From Chiloscyllium plagiosum (Eukaryota), in assembly GCF_004010195.1 (NCBI RefSeq), contig NC_057759.1, positions 5,547,725-5,609,724 on the forward strand: a DNA stretch of 62,000 nucleotides, written 5' to 3'. A model generated the notes under the pieces. The model had not been told where the DNA came from. It saw only the letters and a list, made by a program, of their open reading frames with translations, and made no database searches. Positions 36,465-48,625 of the stretch are shown here, one piece after another. How positions within the stretch are numbered: position 1 is the first letter of the stretch; the number at the start of each line of letters is the position of its first letter. The translations under genes and the position numbers were made by a program.

Positions 36465-37575
36465 GTGGTTGCCACATTACAGGAAGGACATGGAGGATTT
36501 AGAGAGGGTGCTGAAGAGGTTTGCCAGAATGTTGTCTAGTGGGTATGAGCTATAAAGAGAAGCTAGAAAATCCCAAATAGTTTTCTTCTGAGCAGAGACT
36601 GAGGGCAGACTTAATAGAAGTCTATAAAATTTTGAGAAGAGCTATTTGTAGCTCAGGTTGAGGTTCTGAATCTAGCTTTGCTCGCTGAGCTGGAATGTTC
36701 CTTTTCAGATGTTTTGTCACCATACTAGGTACCATCATCAGTGAGCCTCCAAATGAACCACTGGTGCTATGGCCCACTTTCTATTTGAGAGTCCACTACA
36801 TTGGACAAACAGGCAGAAAACTAGCCACTGGGATACATGAACATCAACTAGCCACAAAAAGACATGACCCATTCTCACTAGTATTCTTACATACAGATGA
36901 GGAAGGACACCACTTCGACTGGGATAACACATCCATCCTAGGAAAGGCCAGAGACGTGCACAAGAATGCCAAGAAGCATGGTATTAAAATGGAACTCTTA
37001 AAAACAAACACATTGTCTTGAATTCCATTTACCACCTCAGAGAAAATGAACACTAAATGACATCACCACAGAAAATGACATCACCAACCCAAGGAAACCT
37101 AAACACAGAAATACCACCAGTGCTTCATCCTGAGGCTCACTGATGATGTTACCTAGTATGGTGACAAAATGTCTGAAAACAAACCTTCCAGCTCAGCGAG
37201 CAAACCTATATCCAGAAGTCTATAAAATTATAAGATGCATGGTTAAAGCTGATGGTCAGAATCTTTTTCCAAGAGTTTGAAATGTCTAAAACTAAGAGGC
37301 ATGCATATAAGGTGAGATGGGGAAAGTTCAAAGGAGACCTAAGATGTAGTTTTTTTTAAATGTAGTGAGTGGTAGGAGTGGCACGCATTGCCGGGGTGGT
37401 GATGGACTCTGTTATGATAAAGGTATTGAAGGGACTTTTAAAAACGCAAATTAATATGCAAGAAATGGTGGAATATGGACCATGGGCAGGCAGAAGGGAT
37501 TAAATTTCATTCGGCACCACGTTCGGCACAACATCGTGGGCTGAAGGACCCATTCCTGTGCTGTACCGTTCTATG
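36465..37575 (+). mobile_element. CR1 LINE 3' fragment hosting a PLE insertion
   Basis: WLPHYRKD..LERV and RADLIEVYKI resume after 37213; CR1 tail at ~37540-37575. Confidence 0.85.
36632..37213 (+). mobile_element. Penelope-like element (GIY-YIG end) with inverted 5' pseudo-LTR and 16-bp TSD
   Basis: HYIGQTGRKLATGIHEHQLA; ~36665-36770 is the reverse complement of ~37115-37213; AGAAGTCTATAAAATT at 36616-36631 and 37214-37229. Confidence 0.9.
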
Positions 37576-37794
37576 TGCAGATTTAATGCAATGTATATTT
37601 TGGATAAGGATTCATTCAAATTGATTGGAACTGCATAGCATGCATTGAGAATATAGATTAAAAAATATAAACTTCTATTTCGTTGGTGGTGTTTGACTCT
37701 TGGTTTGAACAGATCTTTCTGGAAATGGAGCTCAGTATGAACCTGACTCAATCCACTCGGTGACTGTGGAAAGAAGAGGAGAGACATTCTACAG

Positions 37795-40700
37795 TGGGAC
37801 TTCGGAGAACTTGGAAGGTGGCTGAAAAGCAGGATATCCCGGTTAGTTATCTCCGGTTTGCTTCCAGTTCCTCGGGCTGGAGAGGACAGGAACAGGGAGA
37901 TAATGGACTTGAATGTGTGGTTGGGGAACTGGTGCAGGGAGCAAGGATTTAAATTCTTGGATCACTGGGGTATGTTTAGCGGTAAGGATAAAAAGGATCA
38001 TGCCGTAAGGTCAAGTGAAATAGGGATTGATAGGAAGGATGAGGGGAGTAACAAATTTAAATTATATATGAATGCACGAAGCATTAGAAATAAGGTGGAT
38101 GAGCTCGAGGCTCATTTGGAAATTGGCAGTTACGGTGTTATGGGGATAACTGAGACATGGCTTCAAGTGGACAGGGCCTGGGAAATGAATATTCAAGGCT
38201 ATACGTGCTATCGTAAGGAGAGACTGACTGTCAGAGGGGGTGGTGTGGCCCTGTTGGTAAGGAATGATATTCAGTCCCTTGCGCGGGGGGACCTAGAATC
38301 AGGGGATGTAGAGTCTGTATGGATAGAGCTGAGAAATTCGAAGGGTAGAAAGACCCAAATGGGAGTTATCTACAGGCCCCCAAACAGTAGCCTGGATGTA
38401 GTGTGTAAGTTGAATAAGGAGCTGAAATTAGCCTGTCGCAAAGATATTACTATAGTTGTTATGGGGGATTTCAACATGCAGGTAGACTGGGAGAATCAGG
38501 ATGGTACTGGACCCCAAGATAGGGAGTTTGTGGAGTGCCTCCGAGATGGATTCTTAGAACAGCTTGTGCTGGAGTCTACCGGGGAGAAAGCAATTCTGGA
38601 TCTGGTATTGTGCAACGAACCGGATTTGATCAGGGACCTCGAAGTAAGGGAGCCATTAGGAGGTAGTGACCACAAAACAATAAGCTTTCATCTGCAGTTT
38701 GAAAGGGAGAGAGTCGAATCGGAAGTGACAATATTTCAGTTGAATAAGGGGAACTATGGAGCTATGAAGGAGGCGCTGGCCAAAGTTTAATGGTGCAATA
38801 CTCTAGCAGGGATGGCAGTGGAACAACAATGGCAGGTATTTCTGGGTATAATGCAGAAGATGCAGGATCAGTTCATTCCAAAAAGGAAGAAAGATTCTAA
38901 GTGGAGGCTGGGGTGGCCGTGGCTGATGAGGGAAGTTAAGGACCATATAAAGACCAAAGGGAAAAAGTATAACATAGCAAAGATGAGTGGGAAATCGGAG
39001 GACTGGGCAACTTTTAAAGAACAACAGAGGATAACTAAAAAGGTGATACGCAAAGAAAAAATAAGGTACAAAGGCAAACTGGCCAAAAATATAAAGGAGG
39101 ATAGTAAAGGCTTTTTTAGGTATGTGAAAAGAGAAAAAATGGTTAAGACTAAAATTGGGCCCTTGAAGACAGAAATGGGTGAATTTATTACAGGGAACAA
39201 AGAAATGGCAGAAGAGTTGAATTGGTACTTTAGATCTGTCTTCACTGGGGAAGACACAAGCAATTTCCCAGATGTAATAGTGGCTGAAGGACCTGAACTG
39301 AAGGGAATTTATATTAGGCAGGAAATGGTGTTAGAGAGACTGTTAGGTCTGAAGGCTGATAAGTCCCTGGGACCTGATGGTCTGCATCCCAGGGTACTGA
39401 AGGAGGTGGCTCTGAAAATCATGGAGGCATTGGTGATCATTTTCTAATGTTCTATTGATTCAGGATCAGTTCCTGCGGATTGGAGGGTGGCTAATGTTGT
39501 CCCACTTTTTAAGAAAGGAGGGAGAGAGAAAACAGAGAATTATGGACCAGTTAGTCTGACCTCAGTAGTGGGAAAAATGCTGGAGTCAATTATAAAGGAC
39601 GGAATTACGACATCTGGATAGCAGTTACAGGATAGGTCAGAGTCAGCATGGATTTATGAAGGGGAAATCTTGCTTGACTAATCTTCTGGAATTTTTGAGG
39701 ATGTAACTCTGAAGATGGACAAGAGAGATCCAGTGGATGTAGTATACCTGGACTTTCAGAACGCCTTTGATAAAGTCCCACACTGGAGGTTAGTGAGCAA
39801 AATTAGGGCACAAGGCATTAGGGGCAAAATACTGACATGGTTTGAAAATTGGTTGGCTGACAGGAAACCAAGAGTAATGATAAACAGCTCCTTTTTGGAA
39901 TGGCAGGCAGTGACCAGTGGTGTGCTGCAGGGATCAGTGCTGGGACCGCAGCTTTTCACAATGTACATTAATAATATAGATGAAGGTATTAAAAGTAATA
40001 TTAGCAAATTTGCTGATGACACAAAGCACCCTGAGGCAGGGTGAAATGTGAAGAGGATGTTAGGAGAATACAGAGTGACCTGGACAGGTTAGGTGAGTGG
40101 ACGGATGCATGGCAGATGCAGTTTAATGTGGATAAATGTATGGTTATCCACTTTGGTGACAAGAACAGGAAGGCAGATTACTACCTAAATGAAGTCAAAT
40201 TGGGTAAAGGGGCAGTACAACGAGATCTAGGTGTTCTTGTACACCAGTCAATGAAGGTAAGCATGCAGGGACAGCAGGTAGTGAAGAAGGCTAATAGCAT
40301 GCTGGCCTTCATAACAAGAGGAATTGAGTATAGAAGCAAAGAGGTCCTTCTGCAGCTGTACAGGGCCCTGGTGAGACCGCACCTAGAATATTGTGCGCAG
40401 TTTTGGTCTCCAAATTTGAGGAAAGACATTCTGGCTTTTGAAGGAATGCAGCGTAGGTTCACAAGATCAATTCCCGGAATGGCGGGACTATCTTACGCTG
40501 AAAGATTGGAGCAACTGGGCTTGTATACACTAGAGTTTAGAAGGCTGAGAGGGGATCTGATTGAGACACATAAGATTATTAAAGGATTGGACACTCTGGA
40601 GGCAGGAAGCATGTTTCCGCTGATGCGCGAGTCCCGAACCAGAGGACACAGTTTAAAAATAAGGGGTAGGTCACTTAGAACAGAGTTGAGGAGAAACTTC

Positions 40701-40935
40701 TTCACCCAGAGAGTGGTGGGTGTATGGAATGCTCTGCACCAGAAGGCTGTGGAGGCTAAGTCTCTGGATACTTTCAAGAAAGACTTGGATAGAGCTCGTT
40801 AGGATAGTGGGATCAAGGGTTATGGGGATAAGGCAGGAACAGGATACTGGTTGAGGATGATCAGCCATGATCATAATGAATGGTGGTGCTGGCTCGAAGG
40901 GCAGAATGGCCTACTCCTGAACCTATTGTCTATTG
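37795..40935 (+). mobile_element. CR1 LINE: ORF1 end plus near-complete, disrupted ORF2
   Basis: YMNARSIRNK, ITETWL, MGDFN, SDH (APE); YLDFQNAFDKVPH, QGSVLGP, FADDTK (RT); several stops and frameshifts; tail CCTATTGTCTATTG. Confidence 0.97.
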
Positions 40936-41479
40936 AAAGGATGTTCTTCGCTGTGACAGCAGTAACATACCTGCTGTTTGTTCGAAGCAGCTGGTCACAC
41001 TTGGCTCTGTACCGAGGGAATATTACATTGTCTTGGTCCTTTGAGTACTTGCCTGGAGGAAGACAGAAGAGATACCTCCTGTAAATCAACATCAGTTGTG
41101 ATTGGCAGCATCAATGTAACATTCAGTTAATCAGCACTAGGATTTTTTTGTTTAAAGCCAGAAATTTAAACAGAACCATGAGTCTGATTCCACTCCTGCT
41201 CTGAGCTGCTCCTTGTCCATTTTTTCTTAAAATTCTAATACCAGTTGAGTTAGATTCAGAAACTAAACAACATCCATACATCTCCTTAAATGGGGCCACC
41301 TGATGGAAGTGGGGATGTGAGTTTAGTTATTGATCTATGCCTGTCAGTTCCTGCTTGGTGAATGTATGGGTGTAGTTATCAAACTGTAACTTTCAGTATA
41401 TGGTAAATATATTTACATATTCACACAGCATAGTCTGGTCTCATTGATAACTGAAGAATCATAAAAATAATACAGCTTC

Positions 41480-42885
41480 GGGGTGGGGGGGGGGGGATGC
41501 GGCATTCAGCCCATCTTGTCCATGCCTACGTGTCCTTTCTCATCCCACCTTCCTGCCAGAGCCTGTAAACTTGCAGTTTACAACACTTGAGGCTCAGTTC
41601 CAGGGAATTTTTGTTTAAAAAATGTAAGGTCTCTGTCTGCACCACCAAATTAGACAGTGAATTCCAGATACACACCACTCTCTGCATAGAAAAACATTTT
41701 TCCTCAAATTCTAATCCTACAGCCACTTAACTTGAATCCGTGATCCCTGGTTTTTGAACTCTTTGCTAAAGGAAACAGGTTCCTCCTGTCTAATGTCTCC
41801 CTCTCTCTAGTTAGTTAAAAATCACACAACACCAGGTTATAGTTCAACAGGTTTATATGGAAGTGCACGCTTCCAGAGTGCTGCTTCTTCATCAGGTAGC
41901 TGACTATTTAGTACTGTAGACCCCAGTACCCATGGGGTATATGTTCCAGGACCTACAGCGGAAACGCAAAACCGCAGATAGGTGCAAAACCATTAATTTA
42001 AATGGGAAATATACCTTCGCGGCAGTCTCCTGGTCCTGGAACATTTTCTTTTTATATGCTCGGACCACTGTAAACCACGGGTAAGTGAAACCGCGATAAC
42101 TGGACCCGCGGATACGAGTGTCGCCCTGTATTCCTTAATCATGGCACCACTGTTCCATGGAATACAACCCCAATCTCTCCAATCCCTACTGATAGCTACA
42201 ATTCACCAGCCCTGGCAACATTCTAGTAAATCTCCTCTGCACTCACTCCACAGCAATGACATCCTTCCTGTAATGTGGTGACCCGACCTGCACACAATAT
42301 TCCTGTTGTAGCCACCAGTGCCTCACACAGTTTCATTGTCATTTCCCTATTTTTGTATTCACCCTTCTGCCAATGAAGGAGAGCATTCCATGTGCCTTCT
42401 TTACAGCCCCTTCTATCTTTAGGGACTGAGCATTTGCACACTAAGATCTTTCACTTAACCTGTTCCCCTCAGTATACTCCCATTTATTGTCGATTCCCGT
42501 TTACCGTCTGACTTCCCAAAATGCATTTCCTCATACTTATCAGAGCTGAACTCTATTTGCCACGTTCTTGCCTACTCCACCAAACCATCAGTATAGTTTT
42601 GGAGCTTACAGCTATCCTCCACACTATCCACTACACGGCCAACTTTTGTGTCAACTGCAAATTTCACAAATTTGCCCAACATATGCAACTCCAAATCATT
42701 AATGGATAAAACAAACAGCAGAGGTCCCAACACCGAGCCATGCAGAGCACCACTTGTAACAGCTTTCCATTCACAAAGGCCACCATTGACCATTATCCTT
42801 TCTCTCCTGTGACTGAGCCAACTTTGGATCGAATTCAACACATTACTCTGCATCCCTCGGAGTATTACTTTTTGGAGCAGTCTGC
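41480..42885 (-). mobile_element. CR1 LINE fragment with nested PLE piece and MITE
   Basis: HGSVLGPLLFVLSINDL...KFAVDTK on minus; PLE terminus at ~41815-41900. Confidence 0.85.
41914..42128. mobile_element. Tc1/mariner (Tigger/MER2-like) MITE
   Basis: TA on both sides, imperfect terminal inverted repeats, internal GTTCCAGGACC and CCCGCGGATAC motifs typical of Tigger-derived MITEs. Confidence 0.65.
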
Positions 42886-45390
42886 TGTGACGCTGCTGCG
42901 GCTCCTTCAACATGCCTGTAAAAGAAACAGGCTCCGAAAAGTCAGAGTTGATGAGATTTAGGGCCATTTTGATTATAGCTAACAGGTAATGCCTCAGTCA
43001 AAAGGCTTCCACATTTTTAAGAACACCTGTACAATGAAAGGGGAGTGGCCCAATTTTCCCAGCTCAGCTTTTCTCTGGTTTGATTTGGTTTTTGGTTGTC
43101 TGGCTATTGACTGAAAGCAGTCAGGCAGTTGAAAAAGCTGCTGAACCCAAAGAAGCAGGTCCATGATAGTACTCTCTCTCTTACATCTCTCCTGTAAGAC
43201 CCTGTGTTTGACTTTACCTTTTGTGCCAAGGGGTATTTATGGGGATTGTTGTAAATGTTGTGTACACCATCATTAAGTTGGTATAGTTGTTGGGTTTTTG
43301 GATTTTTAAGTTATTTCGTATTCTGCTCTCTTTTGTTTCTGTATCATTCAGTAAATGTGTAAATCAAACTGTTTTGTTTAAAACTACTAGTTTGACCAGC
43401 TGCATCCCTCCTGGAATATCTTTGTTATACCCGCTTAAAACAATTAGCAAAGTTAGGGTCTGGGTTACTTTCTTGATATGTTTGGAGGGGGTCTGGCCTT
43501 TTCCATAACAGATTAGGGGCTGTTTGCAGAATTTATTCTGTAGTTCTGATTTGGGATTTGATTTGTTGGACTCGAAGGCAGCGAGTGGTAAATATTAGCG
43601 TCTTTGGGTTCCGAGTGTTGAATTCAATTGGTTTAAACAGTGCTTGGAGAAAGTGAGGACTGCAGATGCTAGAGATCAGAGACGAGCAAGTCAGGCAGCA
43701 TCTGAGGAGTAGGAGAATCAATGTTTTGGGCATCAGCCCTTCATCAGGAAACAATGTTTGGGATAGCAATGGTTCTTTGAGTCATCAAGATTTTCTGGGG
43801 GTGGAAGAAGTCGCTTCAGTTTTTGCAAAAAGTGATTAATGCCAAGCTGCTGGAATTAGCAGACAAGCTGGAGCTCAACTGCCTCCTTCCATGAGGAAAA
43901 GGGCAATAATTACAGTCATAGCTCACCATTTAAATTTCCTGGAAATGCCATCAGGATCTTTAGAGATGGCTAACATTCAATTGATAATAAAACAACTCGA
44001 GTTAGAGGCAAAAGTCAAGGAAAGGGCAACAGAAACAAAACAGTTTGAATTACGATTAAAAGCAGAAGAGAGCGAGAAGAGAGAGAGGAAAGGAAGAAAG
44101 AGGGAGTTTGAACTTTGGTAATTGACACTTAGACAGGAGTTCAAAAATTCACTTCCTGAAGTAATGAGAACCCATGTGTAAGAGCAGAGAGTTAAAACAG
44201 CAAGACTGGCATCAGAAATGGCTGATGATTGAGTTGATCAATAAATCAAAATTGGGCTGCCAAAATCAATTTCAATCCACGAGGGATAATAATTGTGGAT
44301 AAGAGAAATTCTCACATGGAAAGTAAAATGTAGATCTCTGTGAAGATCACTAGGATAATTTACCACAGGGTGAAAAGGAAACCCTTGAAGGGGAAAGACA
44401 AATGAAAAACTCTGGTGTTTTCAATAAAGTCGGCCACATGGAATCAGTATTAGCAGGTTAGGAAAAGCATTGAGAAGCCAGATGTAGGAAAATAGGATAA
44501 GCCAGTGAATTTTGTGGGAGTGGTAACAGAGAGCACTGTGGAGACTAGAAAGCTGTACCAGAATGTACAAGCTGGTCGGGGGGGAGGTTGTTTATGGAGG
44601 AAGTGCCAGATCTTCTTAAACCATACACCGTGAAGGTGAAGTTTACTCGCATAGGCCAGGAGCAGCAGGTAAAGAGGTAGCAATATTCAGAGTTATAAGG
44701 ATACTCTCAATCTGTGATGCTAAAAGATGAGGATATATGTACTTCTCAAGGACTATTGCCAGAAAAGGTATGAGTAACTGGAATTCACACTGAAATAAGA
44801 AATGCTTAACTGTAAGAAGTGAGGTTAGAGTGTCTAGTGAAGAGGGGAGAAGTCATAGTAGGAGTACTGGAATACAATTTGTCCTTGCTAATGATGTTGC
44901 TGATTCACTGGTGGGAGTGCCGATTGTGGTTGAAAAGTCAATGCAAATTCAGGCAACTGAACTATTGCAGGATATATATCCTGGGATGTTTCCTGACTGT
45001 GTGGTAACGAGGTCACAAAGTCACCAGTTGAAACAGGAAAGATCAAAGAGTACAGATAAGAAAGTTGAAGGGAAATTAGCAGAGACCCTGTTAAATCAGA
45101 TAGTTGAGACAAACCAGGAACAGAAATAACAAATCAGACATCTTTAGCTCAGGTAAATTAACTGAATTACAGCAAAAAGATGAAAATTTAAAGCAATTGT
45201 ATCAAAAGGCATATACAAAACGAATCCAAATGTATCCATGATTGTTAATATCTTAAAAATGATGTCTTAATGAGGAAATGGAGAACATCACATTCAGGCA
45301 GATGAGAAATGGGCAGAAGTTTATCAAGTTGTATTGTTAGTGGGTTATAGAAAGGACGTGTTGCAAGTATAGCACATGAGCTACCTGTAT
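42886..45390 (+). mobile_element. Gypsy (Gmr1-like) LTR retrotransposon, 5' LTR plus decayed gag-pro-int start
   Basis: LTR TGTGAC(42886)...ATAACA(43510); degenerate tRNA-Pro-like PBS (TAGGGGCT); gag EFKNSLPEVMRTHV..QRVKTARLASEMADD; integrase-N-like WAEVYQVVLLVGYRKDVLQV..HELP; no RT or 3' LTR seen. Confidence 0.8.
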
Positions 45391-48239
45391 AAATTGTCTG
45401 TTTGAAATTCACATTATTTAATTGTCATCTTGGTATGTGATAATTATTCAGTCAAGGATTAATTCTGTCCTTCTCAGTCACACATAAACTCCATGTAAAT
45501 ATGCTTTATCCTGGGTGGAGAATTTGAGCTGTAGGCAGAGGCTGAATAGGCTGGAACTGTTTTCCCTGGAGAGTGACCTTATAGAAGTTTATAAAATCAT
45601 AAGGCGCATGGAGAAGTGGTAGAGCCTGGTACAATTATAACATTTAAAAGGCATGTGAGTGAGTATAATGAGAAAGCCTTAAAACTTGCCCTTAAATACT
45701 TAGACTAAATGTAATGTTGAATTGTAGAACACAAGAAAATAAACTGGGCAGGCAGGGAGGCATCAGGCCACAAAAGGGGGAACCTAGGATGTGCAGAAGA
45801 TAAAAAAAAACATCTGTTCTCACCAAGTGACAGCAGGATGCTCTAAAGCAATTAAGAACATTTGCCCTAACATCAATGAATCTGTGTAAAAAAGGCACAG
45901 TGGTAACATTCACAGTTGTTAACTTATGAATTTAATGATGATTGTGATCTCGGAAACTTTGTATTATCTCAGAAGCATGTCAAAAGCCTTGTAATAAATG
46001 GTCAGGTCCTATCAATTATAATGGATTCTNNNNNNNNNNNNNNNNNNNNNNNNNNNNNNNNNNNNNNNNNNNNNNNNNNNNNNNNNNNNNNNNNNNNNNN
46101 NNNNNNNNNNNNNNNNNAGTGAGTGAGATTATTTGCATTTTGGGACGTAATGATGATTTTGAGTAGCCATCACTGATTATGAAAAACAACTCTAAAATGT
46201 AATATTGATGAAGCACTTGTTGGGCCGAAGGGCCTGTTTCCACACTAAGTAATTTAATCTAATCTAATCTTTAACTGACTTGGTGTTCCTACACACCACG
46301 ACTGCCCCACTGTCAATTCTAACTCGTCACGTCTTCTTTGAATTTGAATCACAACCCTGAAAAGAAAGCATGTTTAATTTGAGACTAATGAATCATTTAA
46401 AATTTAACCTTTCAGCCTCAGTTACAGAATAATTTTGTGCTTAAGATAAAAAGCAGGAGTCTGCTCTGAGCTTAAAAACTATTCTAAACCTAACATTGAA
46501 GAGATTCTGAAGAGATTCTGATCTGTCAGGAAACCATTTTATGGTCAAAGTTTGCCCTCCTCCACTAAAATGCCATTTTGTAAAACAATGATATCTGACA
46601 TGCAAGCTTTCAAAGTTACCTTATGATCTCTCCCACTTAGTTTAGACTGATACCTCTTTATGATAGGGACTTACCTCACCCACAGGCACTGACTCGGCTG
46701 GATCGTTTTTTTCCCACCTGATGGATGGCTACGGGTCTACAGGAGTGATCAGTTAAGCGCACACAGACCTGTTCATTAACTTCTCTTCCTTACGAATTAT
46801 TGCCTTTCCACTGTCTAATTAAGAACATGCAGTGTTTTTGTAAAGTTTTGTAAAAAGGAAGCCTGTTTGAGACAGAAGAGTGGAGTAGTCTGCGAGGGCT
46901 CTTAAAGGAAGAGCTAGTATCCTACTTTTCTAGGGTTTTAGAACCTCTGCTAGCCTGGTTTATAGGTGTCAATGTTACATTGTAACGGTGATACTATTGA
47001 TAAATAACGGGGAAGGCTAAAATTAAACTAAACTCTTTGCAAGAGGTTTTTATTCCAGACTACCAAAGTGTACGATCTCCAGGACAAACCAAGAGAGGCT
47101 TATAGATCTGAGTCCACAAGGGATTCCCTGGGCTGTCTCAAATCTGTACTTTAACAATATGATCAGAAAGGGTTTATAGAGAGATGGGCTTAGTGCTGGC
47201 AAATGGGACTAGATTAGGTTAGGATATCTGGTCGGCATGGACAAGTTGGACCGAAGGGCCTGTTTCCACGCTATACTTCTCTATGACTCGGCGACTCTTC
47301 GGTAACTCTTGCCCTATCAGTGAGCACAGTTTCCTTCCATCTCTGTACTTAACCCCTCCTTCACGAATGGTTGTTGAAATAATGCAACAATGTGGCCTAT
47401 TTGTCTATCTTCATTGTAACTCTGAAAATGCTCTTAATAATTGCAGATTTTAATGTTGTTCCTGAATGTCTATTTTGGATGAGAATTCAGTTTATCTATC
47501 TTCAACACTGGTGTGTAAGATAGATAAACTGGGCTACATACCTTCCGTTTGTTAGAGGCAGCTGGTCACTCTGTGCTTTGAACTGAGGAAGTATTACAGC
47601 GTCTTAGTTCTTTAGGTGTTTTTCTGGAGGAAGACACAGGGACACCACCTGTAAATCAACATGAGGCTAGTCTGGCAATATTGAACTGATCATGGTCATG
47701 TTCATTGCATCTTCATTAGGATGCGTGTTGTTTTTTTCTTTAAAAGCCAACAACTTAATCAGAACCACGGATCTGATTCCATTGTTGCCCTGAGCTGCTC
47801 CTTGTCTGGGGATTGTTTGTTTTTAATGTGATTCGATACCAGTTGGTTTGGAGATGTTGGTGGTGGACTGGGGTGCACAATGTTACACATCTAGTGCTTC
47901 CAAAAAAACTGTTGGACGAGAACCTGGTGTTGTGTGATTTTTAAGTTGATATCAGTTGAGTGAGATCCAGAAACTGAGCAACAACTGCCCAGCACCATGA
48001 ATGGGAATACTCAACCACCAGGATGCTTACACAGCTCAATATCCAACTCCCTAACTACCTGTTGGAAAGAGGAAAAACGGCGCTATTTCTAATGTTGTTA
48101 CCAAGACCCCAGTGTATGTCCTTTTACAAGAGTATCACATTCCTACAGTTGGTTCCACACAACCTCAGAAAGAGCGGGAAATAGATTGAAATTAAAACAG
48201 GGTTCAGAGGATTGCAAACCACAAGAATGTCCCATAGCA

Positions 48240-48600
48240 GCTTCTTCCCGCTCTGCCTCCCTCAGCAGGCCCACACACAGCCCGAGAAAGGCCTCTCTCT
48301 TCCCCCCAGCCCGCTCACTCCAAGTTCCGGGACCAGTTCCTGCTCCGCTCGGCCTCTTACAAACAGCCCCCGGTTCTCCCTGAACTCACCCCGAATCAAT
48401 CCCGGTCTCGGAGCCCCCTCTGTGTCCCAGGCTCCCATCCCGATGTGCTGCTGGAAGGAGCCTGCTGTTCCCTCACTTCCCTGGACGCTGATCTCTCCAT
48501 TGCGGTCTGTTTCAAACAAACCTCTTGCACTCACTGAGTAAATGCTCTTCAATGGCAGCGCTGGGGGAGGGCCTCACGCATGCGCTCCTTTACTCAGGAA
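48240..48600 (-). promoter_or_regulatory. GC/CpG-rich promoter and first exon with NRF1-type site
   Basis: Local GC/CpG enrichment, ACGCATGCGC at 48575-48584, ETS-like GGAAGTG and CCGGAAC on minus, donor at 48389-48384. Confidence 0.55.
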
Positions 48601-48625
48601 CAGTCAACTTTGGAGACAAAAGTAT

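Larger units (their letters stand above)
37600..48560 (-). ncRNA. Candidate spliced non-coding transcript / 5'UTR exon chain
   Basis: Exon 1 ends 48390 (GTGAGT); exons 47648-47542 and 41078-40971 (ttgatttacAG / GTATGT); strong acceptor tctcctcttctttccacAG before 37763. Inferred from splice signals only; both ends approximate. Confidence 0.4.
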
